From a bacterium (lineage in GTDB: Bacteria > UBA8248): DNA of 64,000 nucleotides. Each line of letters begins with the position of its first letter. The stretch's first letter is position 1. The position numbers and the translations under genes are program-made. The stretch is from positions 46,472 through 110,471 of the forward strand of contig CBDBZY010000002.1 in assembly GCA_965213685.1 (NCBI GenBank), given 5' to 3'. The notes below the pieces were generated by a model. That model had not been told where the DNA came from. It searched no databases and saw only the letters and a list, made by a program, of their open reading frames with translations. Below, piece after piece: positions 47,288-64,000 of the stretch.

Positions 47288-48188
47288 GGGGGGGGGGAAG
47301 GGAAAAGCTAATAAACGTGGTCATGTATAGAGGAACCAATGTATGTAGATTAAACAGACACTAAGCAGACACAGTAAAGGAAGAAGGGAGGAAGAAATCT
47401 GATGATGGTGCTGTGTGATATTAATTAGCAAATCAAGAAGGGGGAGGGGCTGGCCAGCTATATGGTATGGAAGCCACAACACAATAATAATTACCGGCGA
47501 AGTCCTGGCGCTGTGGCAACGCCCGGGCAGCGACTTTCACAGAATTACTTGGAGACGAAAACAGATGGTAGTACTTAACAACAGCTCATGTGAAACTATC
47601 GCCCAGCTACGTATGTATCAGTACGGAACGCACACGCAGATAGTTACGTACAGTAGCTGAAACTCACGGAAGTTTTCAGTGAACATACGAACTGTCTGCG
47701 TCCATAGCTAGCTCGCTCACAGCCCGAGGGTCTCCATGCAAAACAAATGAAACTTTGGGATGCCTTTGGGGGCTTCAAACATTCGATCCCGACAACTGAA
47801 TATTGGTAGGCAATGTGTGTATTTTCTACGCAACGTGACGTAACCGCAGACATTGCACGTGATTCACAACCAAAGTGCGCCGCGCGCGCAATGGCCGGCC
47901 AGAACCAGTCTCGAACGATGGATAGTAACTAGTCTCCAGTGCAGAGCATTGCAATGCGAGCCTGCATGAGCAACGCAGAGGGTCTGTAACTAGGCATAGT
48001 AAACTTCCGCGGGATTTGGTAGCAGTAACTCAGCGTACATGAGATGATATCCACACACCCGTCAAATTGCTGCCAAACATGGCCGCATGCAATTTGCAAG
48101 AGCGCGCTAAAAGCCAAGCGCACGTGATTGTGCGTAACGCGCTCCGGTCTCAAAAACGTGGGACTCGGTAACTTCTTGCATTAGCTAC

Positions 48189-61999
<13,811 letters not shown>

Positions 62000-62533
62000 T
62001 TCTCTACTGTAACCACACATTCCTTCATAATGATCACCTGCAGAGTGTAATGTCACTCATTAAATGTATCACAGCACTGTGTTAAGGTATTAATATGTAT
62101 GTATGTGCTGATTGTACATAATGTTGTAAGGCATTGATTGATGGTATGACATTGTTCCAATTGATGAAGTGTGACACAACATCCCAATTAACTGGTGCAT
62201 GTAATGATTGTAACTTAACAATGATGGCTTATTTTATAAAAGTTGGTAAAACTAAGGGCAAGGTTCACATGTACAAGTTGCAAAATATATAAAGTAACTG
62301 TCCATGATGTATTGCAATACTAGGAGCGTGTGAGTTAAAGTATAAATATATAAACAAGCGTACACAATCTCTTAAGTATATACACATGTACATGTGATAC
62401 AGGTCTCTTCACATGCATATGTAGTAGAATAGGAGAGAACCAGTTGAGACAGACTTAAACAACGAAGGGATGTACCAGCCAGACGAGTAATGAGAACCAA
62501 GAGCATGTGTGTAGGTTAGTGAGCCATTCACAG

Positions 62534-63553
62534 TCACTGCACAGTAGGAGAATGAATCTCCTCTACCAGGAACGCTCCAAAGAAAGTATTTGGGAAGGTA
62601 GCCTGGTATGCGATGGAACCATTTGCTGCCCGGATATCTCTGTCATACCATGCAACCACCGTGATTTTTGAACCAGCTGAGAGATGGAAGAGGCCTCCGT
62701 GGTAATAGGCTCCGATGGTAATATCTGTCAGGCCCCTACTGACAAGGTATGCCGTAGGATAACAGGAGCCTTCACAGATCATGGTTTGGTGTCCAGAGAA
62801 TACATTGTCAGGTGCGTGGGTCATATTGATATGGACCTGGCTGTAGACAAAGTAGATACCCTCTACGGGGACAATAAGTGCTCCTCGCTGACGATCAAAG
62901 GTCATTCCCCCTCTCACATGTCCCTGAATGTGCCTCGCTCCACATGTCCATCCAGAGGAAATGATAGCGTATAACTTCAGAGTATTATTTGGAGCTGTGT
63001 AGTATGTATAACAAAATAGAAATATATGTACATAGTTTAGTGTGTGCATTATGTGTGCATACTATTGTGGACATGTAAACATGCATGTACCTTGGATGGT
63101 ACAGTCAGCATATGGAGATCCAGAAGGAACAATATGGGCCGAGGGGATTTCTGTCTAAAGGAGGGAGAGAAGTGAGCATATCGCATTGTGCTCCATATAT
63201 ACACAAGTGTTCACATGGCCTCTATTAAGCTAGTGAGGATGCTTTGTGAACGTGAACCCAACAGACAGTAATATGTGTTCGAATGGCCTCTGTTTAGTCA
63301 GTGAAGGCGCTTCATGGATATGATCCTTATAGAGAAAATGTAGATATGCCCATGCATACTTACTGAGTTTGGTGTTCGCTCTGATGAACAGTCTGCGGGC
63401 AAAATAAAAAAGTCACTTTGTTAAATTCACAGGCAGGTAATAGCATGACATTGTCACTGTACCTGTTCTGATTCTGATACCTGCACAGGCCACATTAGTA
63501 GAAGTGGCACTTGCACGAGTTGATCGATCATGTCCATCCAGTTCAGCTTTTAT
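62534..63553 (-). CDS. TNF superfamily ligand 3; TM-coding 5' part probably beyond the window. Approximate exons 63553-63481, 63392-63364, 63154-63091, 62994-62534
   Basis: Stalk with RSTR, EIPSAHIV strand A, W..GGMTF..LIVPVEGIYFVYSQVH, YHGGLFHLSAGSKITV, NTFFGAFLV. This is a canonical TNF homology domain. Confidence 0.9.
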
Positions 63554-64000
63554 CTGTGTGTATGTTGGGGGGGGAGGGAGGGGGAGGGGAGGGGGATGAA
63601 GGGTTAGTGTCTAGATATGGGGACACAGAAATTGGACTGCTGTGAAGTGGCTATGTAGGGCAATCAGAACTCTCTAAACAAACTGAAACTTGTTTTGGTA
63701 ACCAAATACCCCTGAAGTTTCCTGTATCTAAGAAAGTTCTCCATTAGCAACTGGAAAAATTCAATTTTACCTACAGCAGAGCCCTTGGCCTTCCACAGCC
63801 CACACTTCCTTCTCCTGGGAGCTAAATATATTACGAGTGGAATTCTCAGTTGCTAAGCAACTAGAGTTGTATAATCATTGTTGCCTATAGTGAGAAACAT
63901 GCATCTGCCTATGCCTATACCTACAGAGTGTTGTGATATAACAATGAAACCTGGCATTGCTTTGTTCACTGGAGCCATTGCTATCACACTCACCTCTCTC

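Overview
Gene-dense, intron-rich animal DNA, rich in (CA)n/(CT)n/(CCCT)n microsatellites. A sponge-like invertebrate is my inference from style only. Genes assembled by hand from splice sites: 3' part of TMCO3 (+), ZBBX (-, with an intronic tRNA-Gly), a long-isoform TSC22 gene (+), RTF2 (-) head-to-head with ZNHIT1 (+), two convergent TNF-superfamily ligands, RCBTB1/2 (-, with an intronic tRNA-Ile GAT), a 9-exon BAR-like adaptor gene (+), and the 3' part of a third TNF ligand (-). Interspersed are TA-TSD MITEs, hairpin-ended elements, tRNA-derived repeats and a Harbinger transposase remnant. Top observations: (1) the BAR-like gene aligns by eye along its whole N-terminal domain with fungal eisosome Pil1/Lsp1 and carries a YxxP/PxxP signalling tail; (2) ZNHIT1 has a U12 AT-AC intron whose branch point and acceptor are triplicated, giving two upstream acceptors that would lead to a premature stop; (3) three TNF ligands with furin-type sites and kB-like upstream motifs; (4) an intact G34 tRNA-Ile; (5) a MITE carrying a HIRAN remnant. 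All homology calls are from recalled motifs, not from searches.
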